The position numbers were made by a program, and so were the translations under genes. Under the pieces are notes generated by a model. The model was not told the origin of the DNA and did no database searches. It was given only the letters and a program-made list of their open reading frames with translations. From assembly GCA_014240375.1 (NCBI GenBank), contig JAAZXB010000007.1, positions 80,350 through 144,349 of the forward strand: DNA of 64,000 bases, written 5' to 3'. Positions 27,059 to 36,362 of this stretch are shown piece by piece. The DNA is from Planctomycetota bacterium. Lineage in GTDB: Bacteria; Planctomycetota; UBA8108; UBA1146. Position 1 is the first letter of the stretch. Each line of letters opens with the position of its first letter.

Positions 27059-28531
27059 CTAGGGGCAAGGACTGTTCAGGGAAGGCTGGCATTCCAACGT
27101 ATCGGAGGTTGGATCCGAACCACATCCCAGAAACGGCTCCGGAAGCAAAGAGCTCTGACCAAACAGGTAGGTCAACAAGGAGATGGGATCGGAGAGATCA
27201 ATAGATCCGTCGTCATTACAATCAAGTACATCCATGCAGGAAATCCCCGGAGAGCTCTGCTGGAACAGGATTCCAAGAAGTTCAATCGCATCCGCGATGT
27301 TGAGCTGGCTATCCCAATTGGCATCCCCCCGGGCAAAGTCGGGTGGAGCTGGTTGCCCCAGGTAAACCTCGATCACATTCGCAGCACTGCTAGCAACTAT
27401 CGCATCGAGAATCCCATCCTGATTGATGTCCAGCACCTTCAGGCACTGAGGATCTTGAGAGATCGGAATCTCTTGAAATCCCTCGAAAGGGATCCCATCG
27501 CTTCCATGACCCGTCAGCACTCCGATGTGGGAAGCGGAATCCTGAGAGATGTAGACCAGTTCCGGCCCATCTTGGCCATCGAGTTCCACGAGGGTCAAGT
27601 CAACCGCATTGGAGAGCTGATCTTCGTAGCCCTCCACCGGCTCCGAAAAGGAACCTCCACCAACCCCTTGCAAGAATGCCAGACCCTCTCCGCCACCTGT
27701 GAGGCAGAGAATGTCCTGGACCGCATTTCCAGTGTTGCCATCGAGGAATACGTCGCCGACCATCAGTCCATCCACATCGTAGGACAGATCGCTTGCATGA
27801 CTGACCACGAAGGAGGCGCTTCCATCATTCAGATGCACCGCTAACTGAGCGCCAGCCGTGATCAGATCCAGATCTCCGTCACCATTGACATCCTCCACGG
27901 CCAGTGCCGATGCACTCGGGAACAACTGTGCGGACAGCGAATAATCGCCATTTCCAACGGAAAGTAGAAGTCTCGTATCTCCCCCCCCCGAAATCCCGGA
28001 TAGAGTTGAAATGGCTATATCCAGTTGATCGTCACCATTGAGGTCCCCGAATTCGATAGAGGTGACGAATCCGATACCCAGTGGCAAACTGAAGTTGTTC
28101 TGTAAGTTACCTTCGCCATCCCCCAGCATCACATGGAGTATTCCAGCGCTGGTCAGGATGATCAGATCCAGGTTGCCATCGCCATCGAAGTCGAGACTTG
28201 AGGCTTCGGAAGCACCCAGGGGGCAATCAAAGATCTCGGTGTCATCCAGCTGGAAACCCCCTCCCAAATTACCGAGAAATAGCTCTAGTTCTCCAGAAAC
28301 CGAGCTCGTGACGACCATGTCCAGCAGTCCATCCAGGTTGAAGTCGCCCAGCTCCATGTCTGAGGGAATCCCGACCACTGGAATCGAATATTCATAGGCG
28401 AAGTACTCGTAGTCTTGAGGTGACTGGGCCCTCAGGTTGGACGGGATACCACAGAATAGAATCGCCAGGATTCCCAGAAGAGAGATCGAATAGATGTGAA
28501 CTCGCCTGCGTAATGAAGTCGCAAGGCTCAT
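27059..28531 (-). CDS. Secreted FG-GAP/VCBS-repeat protein with C-terminal dockerin-type repeat pair
   Basis: Repeated DxDGDGxxD(L/I) integrin-alpha-like loops (DFDGDGNLDLII, DLNGDDQLDIAI, DVNGDGDLDLIT, DINQDGILDAIV). The C-terminus has GDANWDSQLNIADAIELLGILF and DCNDDGSIDLSDPISLLTYLF. Start set at ATG 28531 (MSLATSLRRRVHIYSISLLGILAILF). Confidence 0.75.
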   Translation of the reverse strand: MSLATSLRRRVHIYSISLLGILAILFCGIPSNLRAQSPQDYEYFAYEYSIPVVGIPSDMELGDFNLDGLLDMVVTSSVSGELELFLGNLGGGFQLDDTEIFDCPLGASEASSLDFDGDGNLDLIILTSAGILHVMLGDGEGNLQNNFSLPLGIGFVTSIEFGDLNGDDQLDIAISTLSGISGGGDTRLLLSVGNGDYSLSAQLFPSASALAVEDVNGDGDLDLITAGAQLAVHLNDGSASFVVSHASDLSYDVDGLMVGDVFLDGNTGNAVQDILCLTGGGEGLAFLQGVGGGSFSEPVEGYEDQLSNAVDLTLVELDGQDGPELVYISQDSASHIGVLTGHGSDGIPFEGFQEIPISQDPQCLKVLDINQDGILDAIVASSAANVIEVYLGQPAPPDFARGDANWDSQLNIADAIELLGILFQQSSPGISCMDVLDCNDDGSIDLSDPISLLTYLFGQSSLLPEPFLGCGSDPTSDTLECQPSLNSPCP

Positions 28532-28861
28532 AGTGTTTCCATTTCTGGTCAGTTCAATATTCATTACAACGCCGCTCCACTTAATATAATAAGTACCGAA
28601 TGTCACTTATATGTTGAGAACTAAAGTCCCGTTCGGGAGGAATTCTCCCCTCCTCACCAAAAGCATACCTGAATGAATGCTAGGTGCACCCATTGACTAA
28701 CCTTAGATAGTAGATTTACTATTGTCAGTAATGTCAGGCAAGTCAGGTTCAGCAATCGCCAGCCCTTGACGAACCGATAGCCTCCGCTGAGAGTGCAGGT
28801 GAGAGTTGCCTTTCAACTTTGCCCTCGAGTTCCTTGAAGTAATACCGGTAAGGACCCAACC

Positions 28862-30337
28862 TTGAGATTATTCCCTGCTCTGGTGCCCTCGAAGATGTGG
28901 ATCCTGGTCTGCTCCTTGGCCTTCTCCCTGACCGGCTGCGGAGGAAGCGCTGAAGATCCCCTTCCTCCCATCAGCGATATTTTCAATCTGCTTCCAGGGG
29001 AGGAGATCACCGTCGATGGATTCGTGACGGTGCTTCCCGGCACCTTCGAGAGCAGCACTGCAGAGGTCGGGTTTGCAATCCAGGACAGCGCCACCGCGGG
29101 AGTGGCAGGGACGATCTATGTCCAGGTAGATCCGCTCCTGGGTCTCGATTTCAGTTCCTTGAAGATCGGCAATTCGGTCCGGGTTCGAGGGGTCGTCTCC
29201 GACTTCAACTTGATGATCACCTTGACCGTCGACGAGGCCGCCGATGTCACTCTCAATGGGGGCGGGGGCTTCATCTACTTCCCGCAGCAGATGCAAACCA
29301 GCGAAATCGACGCCACCGCCTCGGCTCCGGAGCAGCAGGCAAAAATTGTCCGGTTGAATGGACAGTTGCAACTCGATCCGCTCGGCAGCGGTTCTCCGGT
29401 GGTCGAGATCAGCGATATGGTCGGCCCCATCGGCTGGAACCTGTGGCTCGATGATGGAAGCGGTCTGGCTCAGACCTTCTGGCATACCACTGCCAACCTG
29501 GATCCAGCACCTCTTGGATTCCTCAGTGCCGGAACCGAACTGGAGGTGGTTGGATTCCTCAACCGAGATGACACCAGCTACGAGGTGTTCCCGCGCGGCA
29601 ATTTCGACATCTCTCTGTCGATTCCCGACACTCGTAATCTGGCCGCAGGATCCCATTCACTGATTCGTGGAGTCACCGCGCTGCCAGGGTCTGCTCTGGC
29701 TCCCAGCGGCCAGTACGGTTTCTCTCTCCACGAGGAAAATGGTCAGGGCATCTTCGTCAGCATCACATCACCCACCTTCGAGGTGAAAGATTACGAAGGC
29801 AATCCGATGACCACTGCAGATCTGGGCTACATCGGCTTCCTCAATTCGATTGGTCTCTACCCTCCCGTTATTGTTCATGTAGAGGGAGACCTGGTCGATA
29901 CCACTGGTGGAGATCGAGTGATCGTTCCCGATCCGGGGGGCGTCAGGCTGGTCTCTGCACCCCTGAATTTTCCTCCCTCAGTTTCTTATCTGACCGGTAG
30001 CATCGCTGCCGCCGATCTGGGTCGAATCGTCAGCACAGCGGGGTGCTTGCAGGTTCCCCCGGTGGGTGGAAATGTCGGCTCCAACGGCTGGACATCGGTG
30101 AGCGGTGGATACCGCTGCCGAATCAATGACGGCACCGGTTCGATCAATGTCTTCTTGCCGGTCAATGTGATCGACCCGCTCAATTCAGGAGCCGATTTCT
30201 TGACCGATCTGGTGACCTGGCCCATCGCGGTCGCTATCGGCCAGCCGCAGCCGCTGGCGGTCACCGGCTTCTTGCGCCACTTCGATGGAGAGTTCGAGAT
30301 CGTGGTTCTGCGCAATCAAAGCGGCTACATCGACTGA
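28862..30337 (+). CDS. Lipoprotein with about four OB-fold-like repeats, function unknown
   Basis: Lipobox SLAFSLTGC. Recurrent pattern (G..I.V.G.VT......GF.IQD...G..V......G..V.V.G...) as in the OB-fold modules of extracellular nucleases. TTG start at 28862 (AAGGA 7 nt upstream); ATG at 28895 is an alternative. Confidence 0.55.
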   Translation: MRLFPALVPSKMWILVCSLAFSLTGCGGSAEDPLPPISDIFNLLPGEEITVDGFVTVLPGTFESSTAEVGFAIQDSATAGVAGTIYVQVDPLLGLDFSSLKIGNSVRVRGVVSDFNLMITLTVDEAADVTLNGGGGFIYFPQQMQTSEIDATASAPEQQAKIVRLNGQLQLDPLGSGSPVVEISDMVGPIGWNLWLDDGSGLAQTFWHTTANLDPAPLGFLSAGTELEVVGFLNRDDTSYEVFPRGNFDISLSIPDTRNLAAGSHSLIRGVTALPGSALAPSGQYGFSLHEENGQGIFVSITSPTFEVKDYEGNPMTTADLGYIGFLNSIGLYPPVIVHVEGDLVDTTGGDRVIVPDPGGVRLVSAPLNFPPSVSYLTGSIAAADLGRIVSTAGCLQVPPVGGNVGSNGWTSVSGGYRCRINDGTGSINVFLPVNVIDPLNSGADFLTDLVTWPIAVAIGQPQPLAVTGFLRHFDGEFEIVVLRNQSGYID

Positions 30338-30461
30338 TCCGATCTGCCGCCCAACTTCGTGCTTCGATCATGTTGTGGGGTCCTCTCGGGGGAAATCTTC
30401 CGTATGATCGGGCTGCGTCGATACCGATCCAGAATCCTGTTCTCCTACCGGAGGTGATGCC

Positions 30462-33400
30462 ATGCTGGCGGCACTGCTACTCCCGATGCTACTCTCGATG
30501 CTGACCCTTTCCTGGTTTGTTCCCGTCGACTCACCCGATCCCGAGGCTGGCCAACAGGTCCCGCAGTGGGAAGTCCTCCACTTCGAGAGAGATGGCGAGA
30601 AGCAACAGGAGACGGTGCGTTATCAGTTGTTCCTCCCTTCCTTTTTCGAGAAGGGCGAGCCGCTGCCGTTGATGCTGTTTCTCCACGGTGCCGGCGAACG
30701 CGGCGAAGATCTCGACAAGGTCAAGCAGTGGGGTCCACCTCGCTTCGTGCCCGATCGTCCCGACTTCCCCTTCATCGTTGTTTCTCCGCAGTGCCCGAAG
30801 GGACAGTGGTGGGACATCGTTTTGCTCACTGCACTGATCGATCAGATCGAGCAAACCTATCCGATCGATGCCGATCGCATCGTGGTGACCGGTCTCAGCA
30901 TGGGCGGATATGGATCCTGGAGACTGGCAGCCGCCACTCCTGAACGCTTCGCCGCGATTGCCCCGGTGTGCGGTGGCGGTGATCCGGAAACCGCTGACAG
31001 CCTCGTCGAAATTCCCGTCTGGAACTTTCACGGCTCCGCCGACAATGTGGTTCCGGAACAGAGATCTCTCGAGATGGTGGCTGCGATCGTTGCCGCCGGC
31101 GGCGAACGGGTCAAACACACCTCCTATACCGGAGTCGGCCATGACTCGTGGAAACAGGCCTATTCCGGCGATCAACTGTGGAACTGGTTGCTCGCACAGC
31201 GACGGGGAGCCAGTGCAGATCCGCAGATTTCAGAAGAGCGGTTATCGCAGGCGGGCGAGAATCGCCCTCAGATTGAACGCGCACTCGCCAGCGGCTGCGC
31301 CGACCAGAGGCAGGCGATGCACTGGCTGGTTCAACAGATGCCGCGGACAGACCTCACATCTCTCGATAGCGAGTACCTGCTGGAAAATGCCCGATTGGCA
31401 GTGGAGGCGCGGCGATACACCCGCTGGAAGCAAACCATCCCGGATGAGATCTTCCTCGACGCAGTGCTGCCATATGCCACCATCAACGAGCGCCGAGATC
31501 GCTGGCGAGCGGACTTCCGCGAACGATTCCTGCCGCTGGTGGCGGAATCGACGTCCCCTTCCGAGGCGGCCGCCACGTTGAATCAGAAGATCTTCGAGAT
31601 GGTGGGCGTGAAGTACTCGACGAAGCGGCCCAAGGCCGATCAGAGTCCCTACGAATCGATGGAATCGGGACTCGCTTCTTGCACCGGACTTTCGGTGTTA
31701 CTGATCGATGCCTGTCGCTCGGTCGGTGTTCCGGCTCGCTTCGTCGGCACGCCACTCTGGTCCGATGGATCGGGCAATCACTCCTGGGTAGAGATCTGGG
31801 ATGACGGCTGGCACTTCACCGGTGCGGCAGAACCGACAGGAGACGACCTCGATCGCGCCTGGTTCACCGGCAGAACTTCCAAGGCATCGCGCGATAATCC
31901 TCGAAATGGCATCTACGCCGTGACCTGGCGCTCTTCTCCCCTCTCCTTCCCGATGGTCTGGGCTCCCGAAAACAGCTCCGTCCGTGCCAGCGATGTCACC
32001 GACCGATACACGCGCACCGCCGAGTCTACCTCCGATGGCAAGAGTCTGGTTCGCTTTCGGATCATCGATGGCACTTCGGGGGACCGATGCCAGGCCCCGA
32101 TCCAGGTGCTGGGACCGGACGCAGAGGTACTGTTCGAGGGCGAGAGCCGAGACGAGCGTTTCGACGCCAACGATCATGTTTCCACGCAACTGGTTGCCGG
32201 CGAAAAGGTGATCGTCGTCGCCGGTGAAGGTTCGCACAGTCGAGTGGTCTCGATCCGGATCGAGGAAACGGAGCAGCTGGTCTCCATCGAGTTGAAACCG
32301 AGAAGCGCTGCCGCTGCATCGGCGGAAGCCATCGAATCGCTGGCGGCTGTACTCGCCATCTGCGGTGCAAAAACAGATCTCGATTCACTCCCCATCGCCT
32401 CCGTCCCTCTCACCCGTGACGATTCCGATGCAGCAGCCAGTCTCATCTGGCAGGCCCATGCCACTCTCATCGCCTCACAGAGAGCCAGCGAGATGGAGAA
32501 GCGGGAACTGACCATCGGAGAGCTGAAGATGCCGTTCTGGTATCAGAGTCTGGGCACACCTCCTGCGACCGGTCGTAGCCTGTGGATCTCGTTGCACGGA
32601 GGTGGCGGCGCGCCGGCAGAGGTCAATGATGGCCAGTGGGAGAACCAGAAGAAATTGTACAGGCCTGAAGAGGGGATCTACCTCGCTCCTCGAGCCCCCA
32701 CCAACAGCTGGAATCTGTGGCACCAACCTCATATCGATCAGTTCTTCGATCGATTGATCGAGAACCTGATCGTCTTCGAGCAGGTCGACCCCAATCGTGT
32801 CTACATCCTCGGGTACTCCGCCGGAGGCGACGGGGTCTACCAGATTGGCCCGAGAATGGCGGACCGATGGGCTGCAGTGGCCATGATGGCTGGACATCCC
32901 AATGACGCGCGTCCGGAGAGCCTCAGAAACACTCCCTTCACCTTGCACATGGGTGGCCAGGATGAGCCGTACAACCGCAACGGGCAGGCGGTGATCTGGC
33001 AGAAAAAACTGGCAGACCTGGCCAGCGCTGACCCCGGAGGATACCCGCACTGGGTCGAGATATACGACGACAAGGGTCACTGGATGGACCGTGAGGATGC
33101 CGCAGCGATCCCCTGGATGGCCGGGCACACCCGCAATCTGCGCCCCAAGAAAATCGTCTGGCAGCAAGACGATGTCACCCACGATCGGTTCTACTGGCTC
33201 AAGGTGCCGCAGGCGAAACCCAGAAGCCGGGTCGTGGTGGAGATGGATGGGCAGAAGATCAAGATCCTGGAAGCAGAAGATGTCACCCAACTCACGATGC
33301 GCTTCGATGACTCGATGCTAGACCTCGATGAATCGGTGTGGATCGAGAAAGACGGGAAGCCAATTCATGAATGTATCCTGGAGCGAAACATCTCAACCAT

Positions 33401-33491
33401 CGCCCGGACGATGGGTGAACGAGGAGATCCGATCGGGATGTTCAGCGCCGAGGTGAGCGTGGAAATCCCACAGAAGAAAGACTCCGAGTAA
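30462..33491 (+). CDS. Multidomain secreted protein: alpha/beta-hydrolase esterase, transglutaminase-like Cys-protease core, then a second alpha/beta-hydrolase
   Basis: N-terminus: LFLHGAGERGEDL, nucleophile elbow GLSMGGYG, HGSADNVVP, GVGHDSW. Middle: SGLASCTGLSVLLIDACRSVGVPARFV...GNHSWVEIWDDGWH (transglutaminase Cys-His pattern). C-terminus: SLHGGGGAP, GYSAGGDG, LHMGGQDEPY, DDKGHW. Confidence 0.75.
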   Translation: MLAALLLPMLLSMLTLSWFVPVDSPDPEAGQQVPQWEVLHFERDGEKQQETVRYQLFLPSFFEKGEPLPLMLFLHGAGERGEDLDKVKQWGPPRFVPDRPDFPFIVVSPQCPKGQWWDIVLLTALIDQIEQTYPIDADRIVVTGLSMGGYGSWRLAAATPERFAAIAPVCGGGDPETADSLVEIPVWNFHGSADNVVPEQRSLEMVAAIVAAGGERVKHTSYTGVGHDSWKQAYSGDQLWNWLLAQRRGASADPQISEERLSQAGENRPQIERALASGCADQRQAMHWLVQQMPRTDLTSLDSEYLLENARLAVEARRYTRWKQTIPDEIFLDAVLPYATINERRDRWRADFRERFLPLVAESTSPSEAAATLNQKIFEMVGVKYSTKRPKADQSPYESMESGLASCTGLSVLLIDACRSVGVPARFVGTPLWSDGSGNHSWVEIWDDGWHFTGAAEPTGDDLDRAWFTGRTSKASRDNPRNGIYAVTWRSSPLSFPMVWAPENSSVRASDVTDRYTRTAESTSDGKSLVRFRIIDGTSGDRCQAPIQVLGPDAEVLFEGESRDERFDANDHVSTQLVAGEKVIVVAGEGSHSRVVSIRIEETEQLVSIELKPRSAAAASAEAIESLAAVLAICGAKTDLDSLPIASVPLTRDDSDAAASLIWQAHATLIASQRASEMEKRELTIGELKMPFWYQSLGTPPATGRSLWISLHGGGGAPAEVNDGQWENQKKLYRPEEGIYLAPRAPTNSWNLWHQPHIDQFFDRLIENLIVFEQVDPNRVYILGYSAGGDGVYQIGPRMADRWAAVAMMAGHPNDARPESLRNTPFTLHMGGQDEPYNRNGQAVIWQKKLADLASADPGGYPHWVEIYDDKGHWMDREDAAAIPWMAGHTRNLRPKKIVWQQDDVTHDRFYWLKVPQAKPRSRVVVEMDGQKIKILEAEDVTQLTMRFDDSMLDLDESVWIEKDGKPIHECILERNISTIARTMGERGDPIGMFSAEVSVEIPQKKDSE

Positions 33492-33501
33492 AGGAAGACA
33501 G

Positions 33502-33924
33502 ATGGGCACTCCCTACCTCGAGCATCTCAATCTCACGGTCCTCGATGTCGACAAAGCGGTCTGTTTTCTGCAGACGGCGATGCCACAACTCGAGGTGAGA
33601 GGCGGCGGAACCGGCGAAAAGTGCCGACGCTGGGTCCATATCGGCACCGAACACAGTTACCTGGCCATCGAAGATCGTGACGCGCAGGGTCCAGGACCGC
33701 ATCAGCCCTACATCCATCCGGGAATGAACCACATCGGATTTGTCGTCGATGACCTCGACGCAGTGGCCCAAAGGCTGCGCTCTTCCGGTTACAAGGAGGG
33801 GATGAGTGCGATGGACCATCCTCATCGACGGCGGATTTACTTCTTCGACGACGACGGAAATGAGTACGAGTTTATCGAGTACCTGTCCACAGAGCCTTCT
33901 CAACGCAACGATTATCACCTTTGA
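33502..33924 (+). CDS. VOC/glyoxalase-family protein
   Basis: 140 aa. LEHLNLTVLDVDKAV..., MNHIGFVVDDLDAV and IYFFDDDGNEYEFIEY, typical of a paired beta-alpha-beta-beta-beta VOC fold. Confidence 0.8.
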   Translation: MGTPYLEHLNLTVLDVDKAVCFLQTAMPQLEVRGGGTGEKCRRWVHIGTEHSYLAIEDRDAQGPGPHQPYIHPGMNHIGFVVDDLDAVAQRLRSSGYKEGMSAMDHPHRRRIYFFDDDGNEYEFIEYLSTEPSQRNDYHL

Positions 33925-34069
33925 CGGGCTGGGCCCGATCTCAACCGGGAATCGATCGACACTCTTTCGCTTCTGGCGCAGATCGTCTGAGAATTGGTTC
34001 ACTCATGCACGATACCCCGTACCATCACTTCTATCGTGTAGGCCTTGTTTCAGCAGGGAGTGAGTCGAG

Positions 34070-34768
34070 ATGAGTTCTCTGAACCGATTCCAGCAACAGT
34101 TCATCGAGTTCCTGGTCCGTTGCGAGGTGCTGACCTTTGGCGATTTCACGACCAAGAGTGGTCGGAAAACTCCTTACTTCGTCAATACCGGTAGGGTTCG
34201 CACCGGCTCTCAGATCGATCAATTTGCATCTTTCTATGCCCGCACCATCGTCGAGAAGATCGGCGACCAGTTCGAGGTGCTCTTTGGTCCCGCCTACAAG
34301 GGGATTCCTCTGGCCACTGCCATTTCCACCTGCCTCGCCAGAGATCACGGCATCGATCGGGGCTTTTGTTTCGACCGCAAGGAAGCCAAGGATCATGGCG
34401 AGGGAGGCTCGCTGGTCGGCGCCATCCCAGTAGATGGAGATCGCGTGCTCATCGTCGAGGATGTCACCACTGCCGGAACCAGTATTCGAGAGACGGTACC
34501 AAAGTTGCTTGCTGCGGCGGAGGTGAAACTGGCAGGGCTGATGATCTCGGTCGATCGAAGAGAGCGAGGAACCGATGATCGCGCAGCTCTCGATCAACTC
34601 TCCGAAGATCTCGGGATGCCGTGCATGGCGGTGGTCACGGTCCATGATGTGATCGAGTACCTGCATCGACGAGAAATTGACGGCCGCGTCGTCATCGACG
34701 ATGAGATTCGAACCCGGATGGAACAGTATCTAGATGAGCACGGCCCGCGCAATCGCACCATCCAGTGA
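34070..34768 (+). CDS. pyrE: Orotate phosphoribosyltransferase
   Basis: FGDFTTKSGRKTPYFVNTG, GPAYKGIPLATA, and the PRPP-binding loop VLIVEDVTTAGTSIRE. Confidence 0.9.
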   Translation: MSSLNRFQQQFIEFLVRCEVLTFGDFTTKSGRKTPYFVNTGRVRTGSQIDQFASFYARTIVEKIGDQFEVLFGPAYKGIPLATAISTCLARDHGIDRGFCFDRKEAKDHGEGGSLVGAIPVDGDRVLIVEDVTTAGTSIRETVPKLLAAAEVKLAGLMISVDRRERGTDDRAALDQLSEDLGMPCMAVVTVHDVIEYLHRREIDGRVVIDDEIRTRMEQYLDEHGPRNRTIQ

Positions 34769-34772
34769 TGGT

Positions 34773-36188
34773 TCAAGGGGACGCAGTGATCAATACCTCT
34801 GCGTCGACTGTCAGGGGAGTGATCCCCTGGGCACCATCGGTCACCACCAATAAGTCGTTGGTGGTCGCTGTCAGCGGAGAATCCTCCACCCAGATAAAAT
34901 CGACCGAGACTGGGCCTGTTTGACCGATGAATACCGCCGGAATCGTCTCGTAATCGATCAGCACCACTTCCTTCTCCGTATCGAATTGCATCACTGCCAA
35001 GGTGGTGAAGGAGAAAATGGAACCGATCACCACTTCATCTCCCTGAGTATCCTGGAACCAGAAGGTGGGTCCAGCCCCCGCATTGAGCGCCTGCAACACC
35101 GCCGAAGGACCGATCGAGGCCACCGTGGTCGTGAGCGCTAACGCATCGTGCGAAAGGACCAGATTGAACCCGGAGATGTCGGTCGGATAGGTCGGATTAC
35201 CGCTGTCCTCGACCAGCGTCAACGCCAGGTTGACGCTACCCACACCGGTGCTTGTCGAATAGGTGCCCGTGGTGGGAGAGGTCTGGTAGGTGAAGATGGG
35301 ATCGATGCGAATCCGCAAGTTGAAACTGGTCGATCCCCCTCCGTTGGATGCCGTGATGAGATGGACTTCATCGTGCCCATCGCTGGTGGCGGTTCCTGAA
35401 ATAGTGCCGTCGATGGGGTCGATCTGCAGGCCATCCGGCAACAGTGGTGCCACCTGCCAGTTCGCCACTGGTCCACAACCCACTGTCGGTACCTGTGGTG
35501 TGAGAGCAACATCGGCAGGTACCATCACGAAATCAAGAGGATAGGCCAGGTTGCAAGGTGGCGGCGGATTGACCTGGATCCGGATGCTGAAGGAAGTCAT
35601 TCCCGTAACATTGGAAGCGGTGACGATGTAATCATCGTCGGTATCCGCGGTCGTCGGAGTCCCGGAGATGGTGCCATCGACCTGCGAGATGATCAGACCA
35701 CCTGGCAAGGCTGGAAGGACACTCCACTGCGCAACATCTCCACAGCTGACCATCGGGGTCTGAGGATTGATGGCGGTTCCCTGCTCCGCGATGACGAAAT
35801 CAAGCGGGTAGGTCAGCGCACAAGGAGCATTGGGATTGATCAAGATTCTCAGGGTAAATTCTGTCGATCCAGTGCTATTGGATGCCGTGATCACATGATC
35901 ATCATCGGTACCCGCTGTCGTCGGAGTTCCAGAGATGGTGCCATCGACCTGCGAGATGGTCAGACCACCCGGGAGAATCGGCGTCACGCTCCAGTCGTCG
36001 ACAGTACCGCAACCGACCGTGGGAGTGAGAGGAGTCAGAAGTTCTCCCTCCTCGAGAGAGAGAAACACGATCGAGTAGATCAGATCACAGGGAGCTTGCG
36101 GGCTGGAGGATCCACCGCCGCCGCCGCATCCACTCAACAGTAGAAGTCCCAGCAGGATACAAAAACTCTGACGCAGCATGGAGCCCAC
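34773..36188 (-). CDS. Lipoprotein with three tandem 89-aa Ig-like (putative-Ig/cadherin-like) repeats and a C-terminal beta-rich, possibly cohesin-like domain
   Basis: Lipobox LLLLSGCGGGGG. Three repeats PC.L.YP...W.V.P.LPGGL.I...DGTISGTPT...D...ITASN..G.T.F..RI. The C-terminal 174 aa contain DISGFNLVLSHDALAL. Confidence 0.7.
   Translation of the reverse strand: MGSMLRQSFCILLGLLLLSGCGGGGGSSSPQAPCDLIYSIVFLSLEEGELLTPLTPTVGCGTVDDWSVTPILPGGLTISQVDGTISGTPTTAGTDDDHVITASNSTGSTEFTLRILINPNAPCALTYPLDFVIAEQGTAINPQTPMVSCGDVAQWSVLPALPGGLIISQVDGTISGTPTTADTDDDYIVTASNVTGMTSFSIRIQVNPPPPCNLAYPLDFVMVPADVALTPQVPTVGCGPVANWQVAPLLPDGLQIDPIDGTISGTATSDGHDEVHLITASNGGGSTSFNLRIRIDPIFTYQTSPTTGTYSTSTGVGSVNLALTLVEDSGNPTYPTDISGFNLVLSHDALALTTTVASIGPSAVLQALNAGAGPTFWFQDTQGDEVVIGSIFSFTTLAVMQFDTEKEVVLIDYETIPAVFIGQTGPVSVDFIWVEDSPLTATTNDLLVVTDGAQGITPLTVDAEVLITASP
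35298..36092 (-). repeat. Three tandem coding repeats (about 267 bp each) within the Ig-like lipoprotein gene
   Basis: Protein repeats at aa 33-119, 122-208 and 211-297. DNA blocks such as ggagatggtgccatcgacctgcgagatg recur. Confidence 0.8.
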
Positions 36189-36362
36189 TCCTTCCTGGCA
36201 CTATTCCAACGGCACATGATGGTGCTGAGGTGAATCATCTGATTCTACCAACTTCAGCGGTGAAAAGTTGACCCAAAATCTCTCAGTTCCAGCGAATAAG
36301 AACACAAGAAAACAAACCATCCACTCGAAGCAGCCGTTCGACTCGAAGGATCATCTCCGCCT

